DNA from: Dirinaria sp. TL-2023a
Taxonomy: Eukaryota
Length of the DNA stretch: 64,000 bases
Reading direction: 5' to 3'
NCBI GenBank assembly: GCA_051941275.1
Contig: JAVEBF010000005.1
Span: 1 to 64,000 of the forward strand
Both the position numbers and the translations under genes were made by a program. A model generated the notes under the pieces. The model had not been told where the DNA came from, did not search any database, and saw only the letters and a program-made list of their open reading frames with translations. Below, piece after piece: positions 15,185-28,076 of this stretch (position 1 is the first letter of the stretch; each line of letters begins with the position of its first letter).

Positions 15185-16205
15185 GTTCAACATAGTTTAC
15201 TTGCCCTCGTCTGCTTGAAGGGCAAATGTGTGGATCACACTATAATAGAGTGTATCAATTTGTAAAGCGCGGTCGTCTTTGGCTAGGCATGGATCTGAAG
15301 TGAACTGAAAGTCGCTGGAGGTTAGTGGGTGTTCTTCAAAAGATCTTGGGATTCTTCCTGTATTTTAAAGGCTGCTTGCCATTCGAGTGTCCCTTTGGGG
15401 CCAGATCTGTGTGCTATGATTGTGTCCGTCCAATGTATAGCAAATATGTTCCAGCAAAATTTGTCTTTTATTCGCATTAAGTATTATCGCACCATTAGTG
15501 CTCGCCCTCACATAGCCTACCATTATAGGTCCCCGTTCATCTGGCACGCAAATTCTATGTGCGCAAGCCAACTCTTAAAAAGAAGGGCTGCCTAAGACGA
15601 TAATCCATCTTCAAGGAGTTCAACATACACCGACAACCTTCAACATTGGCATGTCCCTTGTGCTGGATGGAATGGAAGCATACAATACTATTTATTAGAA
15701 AACAGGCTGGCAAGATCGGTACATGTAGGATGGCAGATGTTTTCGTTGAGCGAAGCGGAAGGAGCGCAGCGCCTTCGTGGACCCAGAACAGGATGGGGGC
15801 TATTTATGATACTGCCTTGAATACGAAATCACGTTGCTCCACGTTCTGAATACCGAAGCCCGCCTTTTTTTTTTTTTTTTTTTTACTGTGCTGGTGTTTA
15901 TGGATTGAGAATGTGTATCAGTGTCGTTGTTCCCATCACAAAAGCAATTGCGCGCTACGGTCAGTGAGTCAGGAGCAGAAGGCAAGGAGGTATGTTTTCA
16001 TTTAATGGAGCCTGTCAACTTTTGCAACTGAAGGCTAGCGGGTCTGGCGTTGATTTGAGAAAAGTAGCAATCGAGCAATACAATACACCTCTAATCACCG
16101 CTACCTAGCTGCGAACATGAGGTTGATCCTGCTGAGATCGGACGCTATACTTGGATTCCTGGCCTTCTTCGAGCCAGAGAAGGCTTTTTCACTATATAAC
16201 ACCTT

Positions 16206-18404
16206 TTAAGGGCACTCGTTCTCAGGATCGATCTCAACGACAGGCCCGGAGAATTGCTTTCGACCCCTGACAGCGTACTAGACCAAGCTCAAGAGAATCT
16301 CGCCGCCAAACACCAGGACGCTGAAGTTCATCGTCGGCGGCGTAACCGGCGTAGCGGGTGGTCAGAAGCTCCAAAAGAGGATGAGAACGAGGTAGAGGCA
16401 TGCGAAAGCGTTGTTGAGCGTACCGAACGGCTCGACCAGTCGCCAAGGGCCCCAATGGAGATTTCCGGGTCCCACTGCTGTGGTCGTGTTGCTGTACTGT
16501 TTCATTTCCCCTTTGATGCGTCTCCAGAGGAGTAAGCTGTTCGATAGCAGGTAGGAGGAGTAGAGCCCAACAACGCTCAGGGAAACGATGTTGTTGAAGG
16601 CGACGGAAGATCCGAGAACTATCAGTGAAAGCAACATAGAGATAATCGTAGTGACTGCTGTGGCATAGCTTGGTATAGAGGTACGTGAGCTGAGCTAATG
16701 CGCGCATAAGAGATTGTTCGCAGGCAAAAAGATACGTGGGGTAAGGATAGGACGGACCTTGGATAGAGTATGCGAGAAAGGTGTGCCCTTGTCCCGAGCA
16801 AAGGACCACAGCATACGTGTGGCAGCTGTAAATACCCCAATTTGGCAGGCAAAACCCAGCACAATAATTATGCTTACCATCAGACATGTGCCTGCGACTG
16901 ACTTGACAGCTTGTCGGAAAATCTCCAGGAACGGATATCCTAGAGTCTCCTGAGCAGCGAGTGCGGCCTGTACATCACCAATGCAGAAGATCAGGCCAAG
17001 CACCATGCCAAAGCCTAGGAGACCGTTAATCAGTGTGCTTAGTATAATGGTTCGGGGTACAATAATGGACGCTCGCTGGATCTCTTCAGACATCTAGGTA
17101 AAGTCAATACTCCAGCGTAGAAAGCCACTTGGGACAGGGCTTACATGAACAACACTATCTGCTCAATATCCTGTTAGTGGCACGTCTATTTGGGAAATGC
17201 TGAAGATGCCCATACCCTAAGTAAAGCTTGGTTTAGCATGGTTTAAGGGAGCAGAGAATCTTCGCACAACGTTCAGGAACCGATAGAGGATGCTTGGGAA
17301 ATTACCTACCACTAGGCTGAAGACTGCTGCTGGAAGACCGACAAAGAACGAGAGTGGTTGTGTGGGCCATGCGCCTTCGTTCAGAAACGTGGTAAACACA
17401 GACCCATCTCCGTGTGGACCCAAGCATACTAATGGAACCAAGACGGCCACGAACCCGGCCAAATGAAGAATCAAGATCCCACGTTCCAATCTTGCAAGAG
17501 CCTGATTGGTGAAACAATTGATGAATACAGCGGAAAACAAGACTGCCCAGAATAAAAGCATCGTCTGCCATGGCTTTGGAACGAACGTTGGATGAGTCAA
17601 AACGACCAGCCCTTGTATCTGTGTTGCAGTGAGATAGGCAACCGAGGCTGTAACGGCTTGCCAGCCAGCCATCGTTGTCCAAGCTACACGTGATCAGCCA
17701 GCCGCCACAGATATGCAGATTGCAATGGTATTTCACGAACCTGTGACGTAGGATAGAATATTGCGGGCAGAAGACGGAGCAAGCATAGCGACCCAACTAC
17801 AGCCTCTATTTAGTTTTGGGTTTCCGACGTTCGCAGGAAAGGGCACGTACTGGTACTGACCACCGGAGGTGGGTGCCCTTGAAAGATTAGAATTTGGTCC
17901 AAAAGTTCAAATTTCCTACCGACATGGATGCAAGCTCCGCAATTGTCGCATAAGTTGAGCATATGCCAACCCAGTCGATGAGAAATCCCCAGATGACGCC
18001 CGCAGGTCCGCCACTTGCATGCAAAAGTTAGCCATGGTGGTATCGAACCCAAAAGAGGACGACACACTTCACGAAGGCTTGGGTCGCTAGACTGGGTTTA
18101 TGTCAATTCACCGTAGGTACTCGGCCACATAGAGAACGTACGTTAATATGCCTTCCCATGTGACAAGAACAGTGCACGAGAATCCAAGGATAGAGAAGAA
18201 GCCGAAATTTCGCTTCAATCCCTAAAATCAGCCAAAAGCTCGATTCATGAGAAGTGGGACTTGGACCTTGAGCACAGGTTTCTTGCCCAACCGGAGCAGT
18301 GCCCTGTCATCATCGAGCACATGTTTTGGCGTAGTTTGAGACTGGTCGTTGAGGTTTCCTGTGGTATTCTCGATGCTCTTCGCTTGACCCATATTGCTGG
18401 ACAT
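16206..18404 (-). pseudogene. APC-family amino acid/choline/GABA permease (Hnm1/Uga4-like) with two in-frame premature stops
   Basis: Multi-exon model: RLGKKPVLKRNFGFFSILGFSC, ELASMAPTSGGQYHWV, HMSEEIQRA, TRMLWSFARDKG, GPWRL. The frame continues through TGA (16364-16362) and TAG (16280-16278) into a normal-looking last helix and GRKQFSGP, ending at TAA 16208-16206. Confidence 0.7.
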
Positions 18405-20159
18405 CGGATGGAAAGGAGACAATGAGAGTAACAAGAATTGAGCGCTTGAAGCTTGCTCTACAAGAAATGCGTGTTACACAGATTCGTTCCAAGAACGGAA
18501 GGGCCAGAAAGAAGATCACCAAGCAGGCTGGCGTAGAACTATGAGGTACGGTGTGTTGGCCCGTTATAGAATTCACTGCTGCGGATTCTCATGGAAGTTG
18601 GCGCGTCTATTTATGCAGTGCAACATACTAAGGTAGCTTAGTCTCTTCATTATGCAGACGAGGTGAGTGAAGGATGTGAAAGAGACCTAGACCTGTTAAA
18701 GCCTGGTGCTCTTTGCCCATACTACATGTATGTAAGTGGTATCTTTCTCCAGTAATATCTTCGTCCGGCAAATTCAAAACATCAAGGTATCAGACTTCCA
18801 CAGCCTTTAAGGCCTCAGATTGATGCAGAAAGGCACTTCGTGGAAGAAGTCACCGGCTAACGCACGAATTTACAGTCTCGCAAACATCAGTAAAAGTGCC
18901 TGGCTGACATATTGATGCGACATTTGGGCGAAGCATAGACATTGGGATTGGCGAGCATCTCCGTAAGAGTAAAAAAGGCAGTGTAATGGATGCATGTCGT
19001 GCTGTTGCTGCTGAATGGCCTCCTCAAGCCGCAAGGATCCGATGAAGGGCACCATATCTTAGTCCTGGCTGGCGCAGCCAGCGCTACTAACACGCTGGTT
19101 ATCTGGAGATCGCCTGGGGGGCCAGTCAAAACCCAGCTGTACTCACTACCTACCATTGATACTCTTTAGACGCGCTGTCAGCACACTACTCGCGCTGATC
19201 GCGAATTTTTGGTGTGGTCGCGGTAGAGCTTACTGTAACCCAATAGCCCCTAGCATCCCCAATCTACCTCAAATCAACAAGGTTCTAACCAACAGCTTCA
19301 TTTCGAACTGAATTCAGTAATAGCATAGGTGGTCGTCAATATTTTGGCTAATGGCACATCGAGCGTTGCAATTCGTCAACGCGAGAGGGGAATGGAGAAC
19401 CACATGGGTGAAGATAGTTAAATAGGATTGGGCGCCATGCCAGCGAGCTCACTCGCTAGGAAACCGAGACTCCAATGATAGTTCCTGGCGCATATTCAAA
19501 AGGTACGAACTATCTCATGAACGCAGCTCAGCCGGAGGACAAGGCCACTGCCACCGGTTATGGGGAAGGGCCTGTAACGATCATGGCTAAACAATATTTG
19601 ATCGCCATCTAGCTGTCGAGCCGGAGGACTCCGGCTCTGAGGATGTAGCGAGGACTCTTATTGATGAGGTGATGTGGAAACAGAGTTTTGGCGAAGCATC
19701 CTTTTAAGGTGCATATTGGGACCCAGCCACGTGTTGTTAATTCTCTTTGCTCGGAAGAGGGAACAGACGGCGAGGGGCATAAAGCCTCGGGATATGGTTT
19801 TGCCGTGGGAGACCCAGAGCGTTAAGTATGTAGTCTGACATCTGGTTGTGAGCAGTAGTTTCTCCAGCTGTAGCTCCACTGAAAGGAAAGTACGTTCGTC
19901 CGATATCTAATACTTTCGCTCCTCCCCATCGCTCTGAGTGAAACTAGCTCGTAGCAGCACCATCACTTCTAGGGATTCCCGTAGTTCTGAACGCTATCCG
20001 GCTGTTTAGAGGGATAGGTGGGATGTGGAAGCAGAAGCCTACAACCATGAAATGTTTTAAGGCTACCTTATCTCTTTAGCTTGTCAACATATGCGACCTG
20101 TGAAATAGCTCGATTGTCATCCCTCCTCGCCTTGCCTTGATCTCTATTCCCGTACCATC

Positions 20160-21069
20160 TCACAGTTCCTTCCGAACTGCAGTCTTAAACTAAACCAATC
20201 GTCAACTTAATTTTCCAAATCCCTGATGTCCCAAACCGCAAGTTCGCTTCTGGTAGGAGAAAGGGAACAACCCACAGGTAATATCTGCACCTTATCCCAA
20301 TCCCAAACCCCAGACTTGAAGTATGTATCGCGTTGCAACTGCTCCACGACCTCGGCTTCGGTGTCCGCGCTCGCGAGCATGACACTGCCTTTGATCTTGG
20401 GGCCTTCGTTTTCGCGCAGAGGCTCGGCTAGTACGGCGCCTGCCGGTGTAGTATGAATATCAATATCAATGGGTATGGATGTATTTTAATGCCCATTGTA
20501 GAAAGAATCAGATAGATAAACTCGTGCAATAGATAGAGGATCCCGTGGACATGGAAGTCAGAAAGTATTATCTCCGTAATTACATGTCTCTACCCCGGGC
20601 CAAAAAAGAAGACCTTCGAGTTCAGGATATACCAAAGGAGGAAGGGACGAATGAGTAGTGAGTTTGCGATGAGAAAACCCATTAATAAGCAAGAATACTG
20701 TAGGTATGAAGGAATAATAGGTACCTCCCAACGTCCAAAACCCCTCATCAACCTTCGGTTGTAGTTCCTTGAGATGATTGCTACGTATCTATCAGTACAT
20801 ATCCAACTCTGTCGCCACCATAGTTCTGCTTCAGCATACGGGCGCACACTCATCCTCTTCTCTAGAATGCCTTCGTGGTCCGGCACGATGACGAGCCATT
20901 CATGCTTAGAGCGTGGTGGAGCCTTAGTAGTCGAGGTAGTTGTGATGGGCATTTTTAGGACGTAGGGGCTTGATGATTCGGATGACATCTTGAGCACTGG
21001 TGGGGTTGTTTGCCGAGGTAAACGAAGAAGTGGACGGGTTTTGAGTATGGAGATTGGAGAGCGATGCAT
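20160..21069 (-). CDS. YCII-related domain protein
   Basis: Four exons give HEWLVIVPDHEGILEKRMSVRPNHL...GGAVL...IKGSVMLASA...RDTYFKSGVWDWDKVQILPFKTAVRKEL*. Start is uncertain (ATGs at 21156, 21069 and 20988). Confidence 0.8.
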
Positions 21070-21351
21070 TGGTTTGGAGGGGATGGGATGGGCGATTGGA
21101 ATTTGCAGATTTGCAGACGGAGGAAGGATTGACGCTTCTAATGTTTGGCTATGCATGTAAATTTAAGACTGCTTTGCGTATTCTACATATCTATTAAGGT
21201 ACATGTAGTCTGTGCCGATGTTTTAGCTCAGATGTCAGCGTGAGTTTTATGACAGAGCTATCTGATCATTTCCGCAACTTGGGGTATCTTAGTATCGTAC
21301 TACTCTGTCGTTGCCGCCGACTAGATAATTACCATTTGCGCCGTATCCAAT

Positions 21352-22348
21352 CTAATTCATCCACTCGGTTTCTACTCTCTTTCTGTCCACAACGGCTTGA
21401 GCCCTTTCATTATCGACAATATCCACACAATTTTCCACACCTTCCTGGATTCCATTAGAAATTTCCTGCATCCACCACACCCAGAGCGCTGCAACGACTT
21501 GGATCGCGCGCCCATTGCTACTTTTCAATATGCATCTCAAGATGTCGATACCAGCCTTACCAACATTGTCAATAGCCGAAACGCTTGCTGCCAACGCACG
21601 CTCCGCAACGTGATTTGTGCGCTCATAGTCGTAGATGGCCCTCAGGAAAAGTCGCAGATAAGGCAGGAAAATCTGGAGAAGTAGGAAGAGCTGGACTGTG
21701 ACGGATGCAAGCGCTCGGTGAGGTAGCGACCGGTCCTTCTTGTGTCCCTTTGCCGTTTCTCGCGCATCTATTTCGCTCGGTCGTTGAAGGGTAGAGGGTA
21801 ACGCGTTCTTGAGTGTTGTCGCTTCGTGCTCATTGAGATCCTGCGGGAGGCCGTGCAACAAGTACGCCAGCGCGCGGACATACTGCTGTCGGGAGAAGGC
21901 CTGATTCCGTTGTTCGGGATAACCAGCTTCGGCAATCACTGTCTCTAGGAGGTTGATGCCTGGAAGCCGGTCAATTTTGAGGTGTGGAAGGTGTGCGACT
22001 GGAGGTACCATGAGTCGCATAGCTCAGCTCACGCTCCCCTGTATGTGCAGCCGGTCTCTTACTAGGCGGTATCGAAGGCGTAGATGATCTTGATGACGAC
22101 GGTCTAATATCCTCCGAGACAGAGACCGAGTCGGGCTCTACGAAGCCTACATCGAGGATGCCTGTCCAGCTGTGCCTAGCGACAAACGAATCTTGTTGTC
22201 GGAATTGGAGGTTGTAAGCGCTCAATGAACGCCGCAAGGACGGCAATTGCGGAATGCGGGTTTGTACAGCAGATGGGAGGAAGTTGTAGATCATGGACGA
22301 TTGCGGCACGGTTTCATTCGCTGAAGAGCAGTACTGAGGACGAGTCAT
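21352..22348 (-). CDS. Fungal hypothetical protein
   Basis: Two ORFs joined in frame by intron 22008-21960 (HG|INLLETV). Helical C-terminal domain FSRQQYVRALAYLLHGLPQDL...YERTNHVAER. Start at 22348 or 22294. Confidence 0.65.
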
Positions 22349-23131
22349 TGCAAGGCTGGATTTCCGGGCGCGCTGCATTATATGGTAGCAAAAAACGCTG
22401 GTGCAGCAAGCGACGCACCACTGAAAGCTGCGTTTCAAGATTCATTTTCAACCAGTGGAATGTTGAAGTACTCGCACGAGGAAACGGTTATTATTGCATG
22501 TGAAAGAAAATACTCGATGTATTTTTGTTGAGAGGCGCCGAACGGAACGTTTCCGCACACGGCACACGGCACACGTCAGGGCCAAATCCAGGAAAGTCCA
22601 TTGATATTGACTTGAAATATACATCTAAGATTAGTGGAAGCATCAAATCACAGCCAGCGCAGGCGATCGGCAAGCGATGATAATCTTGTGGGAAAATATC
22701 ATTACATCTGAGTCTGCGTATCGAGCATTCACAACATTCAACATTCTCGCCCAGCTCTGGAGTAGATTTTCAAAAACCCATCTCGCTTCTGCGGTGAAAG
22801 CAACGACCGACAACCCGTGGGAAGAATGAGGGATTGAAAGATCACTGGCCTCGCTAGAGTAGAGATATGCTTTAGATTTAGAGATCTAGAGTATTTCCAG
22901 CCTTGCTTACCGCATTCAGCCAAGTGCAGTGTCACTGGCCACCACTAGACGATACGTATCACAAATCCTCTATCCGATATGAAGAAATAACACTACTATA
23001 CAGCGCCAGAGTAGGAACTCTAGACGGCATTATACGCCGTGAAGACCGCTTTCTTGTGCTCAGCGGCGGAATGGCGATTCTCGCTTGCTCCAATCTTCAT
23101 CAAGTTTGGAATGCAGACTGCCTGGGAACAC

Positions 23132-25268
23132 TCAAAATGTCCGCCTGTTCGGTGGGCTACGTCCATAGCCTCCATCGCCAGATCGGAAGTCAGAGTCGTA
23201 GCCGTTGCCTCGACGATTAAATCGATCAAATTGACGATCGCCATACGCGGTTGGCCTACCTCCACCACGGAAAGAGGGTCTTCTTTGCCGGTCGTAGCTC
23301 GAGCCTGCCCTTCGCGCTCCGTAGCCCGAGCCGCTCTCTCGGGACTCCGAAGAGCCAAATCCTCGCATGTCACTTCGACCCTCAAAAGACCTGATTCCTG
23401 CGACGCGCTGAAAGCCGAGCTTCTGGATCAGTGCAGCAGGTACCTCTGGTGTTTCTTCCAAGCCCCAACAGTACCGAGAACGATCGTTCAGTGCATCCAC
23501 AAGTTTTTGCTTGTTGCGTACGTTTGCATAATAGCCAAGAGTGGCCAGGTAAGCTGAGCCTTTTTCCCTCATGCGGATTGTCCTGGTAGCGTCAACGATC
23601 TGTGTGAGTGTGCTCGCAACATGTTCAGGTAGTCGAGCATCTTTAGACATATCGACGATTGCTGTCTCCAGCGATTCGTTTTTTGTGTTGGGCATATCAT
23701 GTAGTACTTTATGAGCGTCATCGCTTTCATAACCAGCGGTAAAAATCCAGCCTTCCCCCGGCTTGTCACCTCGGCCAGTACGACCTATCCGGTGTATGTA
23801 TGTTTCTTGGGTTTTGGGTGCGCCGATCTGAATGACGTGCGTAACATTAGGAAAGTCCATACCACGAGCTGTCACATCTGACGAAAATAGGATTGCAGAC
23901 TTTGCGCGGCGAAATGACTCTGCTGCATCGGTTCGTTGTGCTTGAGTTAAACGGCCATGCATCGCTATTATACGCGCTGGATGAAGTGGGTGAACATGGT
24001 TCTTAGCGAAGATGTCGCTAGAATTAGGAGCACTGAGATTATTGAAGGTGTCGGCTGCCAGGGTAACTTCTGCAGTGACATTGAAGTAGACAATTGCCTT
24101 GAAGGGCATGTCTCGGTCCTTGCGTGCCAGCTCTCTCTTGCACAACTCAAGGAGGGCTGGCAGCGTGTTTGCGAGCCCTCGAACAACGACGTGCTCCTGT
24201 GGCACTTTCTCGTGTGTCTGTAGTTCTCCCTGTTTTACAGTTCGAACGAATTTGAAGTCTCGCTTCATAGTTTTTTGGACGATGCCCATTACTTCTGCGG
24301 GTACTGTCGCGGAATAAAGCATGGTCTGACGGTCCACGTCTCTTTTATCTGGAAGCAGACCTTCAATGTTCTTGATCTCGGGTGCGAATCCATCATCCAG
24401 TAACCGATCGGCCTCATCCAGCACAAAGGCGCTCAAACTGGGTGCCTGCACGCCACTTCGAGGATCTGATAATATATCATTGAGCCTACCGGGTGTGCCC
24501 ACTAGGATGTGGCAGCCATCTCGTTGCATTAAGGATAAGTGATACCGCTTGGCAGATCCGCCGACAGCGGTTTGAACCACAACACCTGTGTTGCGTGTCA
24601 ATTTTCGAGCCTCGACGGCTATCTGCTCGGCTAACTCTCGGGTGGGCGATATGATGATAGCTCGAATGTCTTGCCGCGACGCTTTGCCTCTACTTCGGTG
24701 TTGCAAACTCGGATCGTAGTTGATAATGTTCTGCAATACCGGGATAAGAAAAGCCAGGGTTTTGCCTGTGCCGGTGCGCGCCTGGGCAAGCCTAAATTGA
24801 GTGTCAGTCTTGTAAGGCCAGAGGTAGTCTACGTGATATCTTCGCTCACAGATCGACTCCTTTCAATGCCTCATGGATTGTCATGCTTTGGACCTCCGTC
24901 ATAGTCTCGAGGCCCATGTCCTTTGTAAGCGTCTTGACGACGGTGTCACAGACGAGACCGCGGTCCAAAAGATCATCGAACCGTGTAATTGGACCATTTT
25001 GAGCTTCTCCTGGACTTTGCTTGTCAGACGGCGGGGTTTGAGCCTCTAATTCAGCTTCAAGATCGCTCTCGACATCGTGAGCCGGCGCCGGAGCAGTCGA
25101 TCCGTGACGGAGGGAGTAAGTAAGAGCCCTAAACGCAGAAGGCGACCTTATCTGTATCCTTGACCGACTCCAGCAGAGGAAAGGTGATTCGATACCTCGG
25201 GGTTTCGATGTACATAGACGTGAAAACCTTGCGATGGAGGCAGGGCCTCTTCGCAATGGATTCAACAT
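23132..25268 (-). CDS. MSS116: Mitochondrial DEAD-box RNA helicase (Mss116/CYT-19)
   Basis: Arg/Ser-rich presequence, Q motif MTEVQ, ARTGTGKT, PTRELA, TPGRL, DEAD, SAT, ARGMD, HRIGRTGR and an RG-rich tail. One intron near 24850-24792. Confidence 0.92.
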
Positions 25269-27172
25269 TAACGGTTATAGTGGTGGAGAGGAGAGAATTA
25301 TGCTCTATGGTGCATCCGAAATGCGGTTCTGGGGGATTGGCAAATTGTCTCGGGTTGCAATGATGGTTTGTCGCGCGACGCTCTCTCACACCTACCTTAC
25401 TGTCACAACCGTCTGGAAAATTTCTCAAGTAATGAGCGTCACCTTATCCAGACGAGGGAGGCTAGACTTCATTGGTCCTGGCGGCCAACGCGCCGCACGT
25501 GGGAGGCTCAGGGGCTCGACACTTTGACATCGGCAACTTCGAACGACTACTAACCTCGTTATTCCAGTCTTTGCACATATGTGTCTTTTATATAATCAAA
25601 TACTAGCAAGTTGCCCCTGTCAGCGCAAGTATTTACAACCGGACTACGACACATTATTCTGTTTAGGCCGGCCTTTTTGGGTGGGTGCACGCCCAGAACC
25701 TCGATCGCTGACAGACCATGCGTTTGCGAGATTCGCATTTAAATAATTCTTGAATGCCCCTGCCACATCTCTGAGACATCCCGCGGCTTCTTGATATAGC
25801 AGTCTAGAAATCCTGATCGTTAAGATGCGCGGTAGTGTTCTATTCTCCGAGCTTGCCTCACCACTATGAGCTGCAAGACCGCAGCCAGGTTATTAGTTGA
25901 TCGGTCCCACTAATCCGTGAACAAAAGTAGAGTACAGCAAGCAGATTTGAAGAAGTCGCCAACCAGGAACTTGATGCAACATAATGTAGATAAATAATGG
26001 TAGACTTTGTCCCGAGTTCGTTCACAATAAACCATATCAGGCTTCACTATAAAACTACCGTAAATGATAATGATTTCGAGGCGCACTTTGCCTCATCAAT
26101 CCCTCATCAAAACCAAACGCAGCTCGTTAGTACGACAAGACTCCCACTAAAATTGAGCATCCCTTGCCTCTGGTCACGCCGAGCAGACTCCTTTCTCAAA
26201 TTATAGAAACTGTTATGTGTCCACTTTGCAACTCCGCAAATCTGCAACATCAAGCGTAAAGTACGGAGACTTGGAGAACCAACATATTTTTCGGCGCCTC
26301 TCAGTGCACCTTACATAAGATAATAGGAGATAGTTAGGTCTATAAAAAGGAGACTAGCAACAATGGAAGGCATTCACAGAGTCCAATAATTGATCCGGAA
26401 TATGCCCATCGAGCAATTGCTTAAAAAGTTAGACGTCTGCTGGGCCATCATCCTGCATTCCCCACCTTATCATTGCTACGAATATAGGCCGTCAGGGTAT
26501 CCGTACTCGCATTGGCTGCCTTACATACTGTGCCGACATGTGATTAGGCAATGCGACAGATCTTGCAAGGCACATATGATAGACTGGAAATGATGTTGGC
26601 TGGATGAAAGCAAAAGCAGACTGTGAGACAGGACAGGGTATGGAGTGAAGATCTTTTTATCAGTGGAATTCTAAGGGTTCAAGCGGGGTTTGCCTGCGAG
26701 AGCTCCCTGGGGCTTGTTCGGATCATCCGCGAATCCACCTCGCCAATGCAATGCATGACAGGGATAACGTAAAGAAAGCTTGACCTCGATTTACCTTATG
26801 CTTTATACCGTATGTGAGCTACCTTAATTACATGGATACCAGGAAAAAATGTGCAGAGCATCCTCAAGAGTGCCGTCCACATAACAGCAATAAACAGGCG
26901 AAATGATAGGATCGACCCACTGCAAGCTAAATATAGGCCAGCTCGCTACCTTACTCTTTCTAACGATTGACGATTCCATACCTGAACATAACCAAAATTT
27001 GGTACATGACTGAAAACATGTATCGAAAGGTCGTCATTAAGGATAAGAAAGCCCAGATCCGGACTACTGCATGGGCTATGTATTAATGAGTTGTTGGCGC
27101 AAAGGTGTACAAACGGAATAGCTCGTAGCCGACGTAGATGTAACGCCTGTTGACTGGGTGATGATGGGTAAG

Positions 27173-28076
27173 TTAAGGTCGTTGCTTCTTCTGATCCGTA
27201 AAGGGCGATTCCTGAGCGTTAGAGCTAGTGGGCGACGGCTGGTTGCTCGTTGTTGGTGTAAGGACTCTGGGATGGCTGTAAAGGATGCCCAGCACACGCT
27301 CGATTGCGTTTGCAGAAGCCGAATTCACCGAATCCAGCGTCTGGCAGTGCTTTTGGAACTTTGTGAGTTCGGGCAACAAGATACAAAGCGCTGTCAAAAG
27401 ATCCCAAAACTCTTTGATGGCGTCCACCGATCCTTCGAAAATCTTGTTCCTTTCCACAGTGTTCCTCTGGCCCTTTTCAAGAGTGTAACCTATCTTTTCT
27501 GAGAGCAAAGTATGAAGTTGGTTGACAAGATTGCTTTGGACGATTCGCCGTAAATGCTCTTTCTCTGCGTGTTCAGAACGTTTTTCTGCTTTGAGGTCGC
27601 TGTCGGGCTGCAACCCATCTTGGTGTATATCTTTCTGCGCAAGAGTATCGTCCAATGGCCCGCCAGCCGAGCGCGTCTTTCTTGTGACTGAAGCGATCTT
27701 CGACCGGGTGGAAGTTGTGGCTACATAGGCATCCTGGGTGTCGTTATGGATGTTTTCACGCAGTGGAAAAGACTTCTTTTTCAACCAGCCGGGGGGGTTC
27801 GCAAAAGCGTGTGGTGGGTCTTGTGTTTCCGCTGTTAATTTCTCCAAATATTGGTGGATTGGTGGTAAGTTTCTAAGCAGAGTACTGTGAACAACATACT
27901 CTAGAGATGTGATAGTGGTTGACTCACGTAACCTCGATAGTGCCTGGCCCTATTGTAGCAGATGTCGTACATAGGTCACGAGATCTCGACGAGTGCTCTT
28001 GCGTTGAGAAGCTGCAACGGGAGGTCGCGTAGTCGATGACGCTGTTGTGTCCTCGAAATCCGTGATAGCTGGCCAT
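27173..28076 (-). CDS. Divergent bHLH transcription factor-like protein
   Basis: Intron 27927-27873 (GTGAGT...TTAG) joins two ORFs in frame. KRSEHAEKEHLRR has H5/E9/R12/R13 spacing, followed by helix 1 (NLVNQLHTLL) and helix 2 (RNKIFEGSVDAIKEF). Confidence 0.6.
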
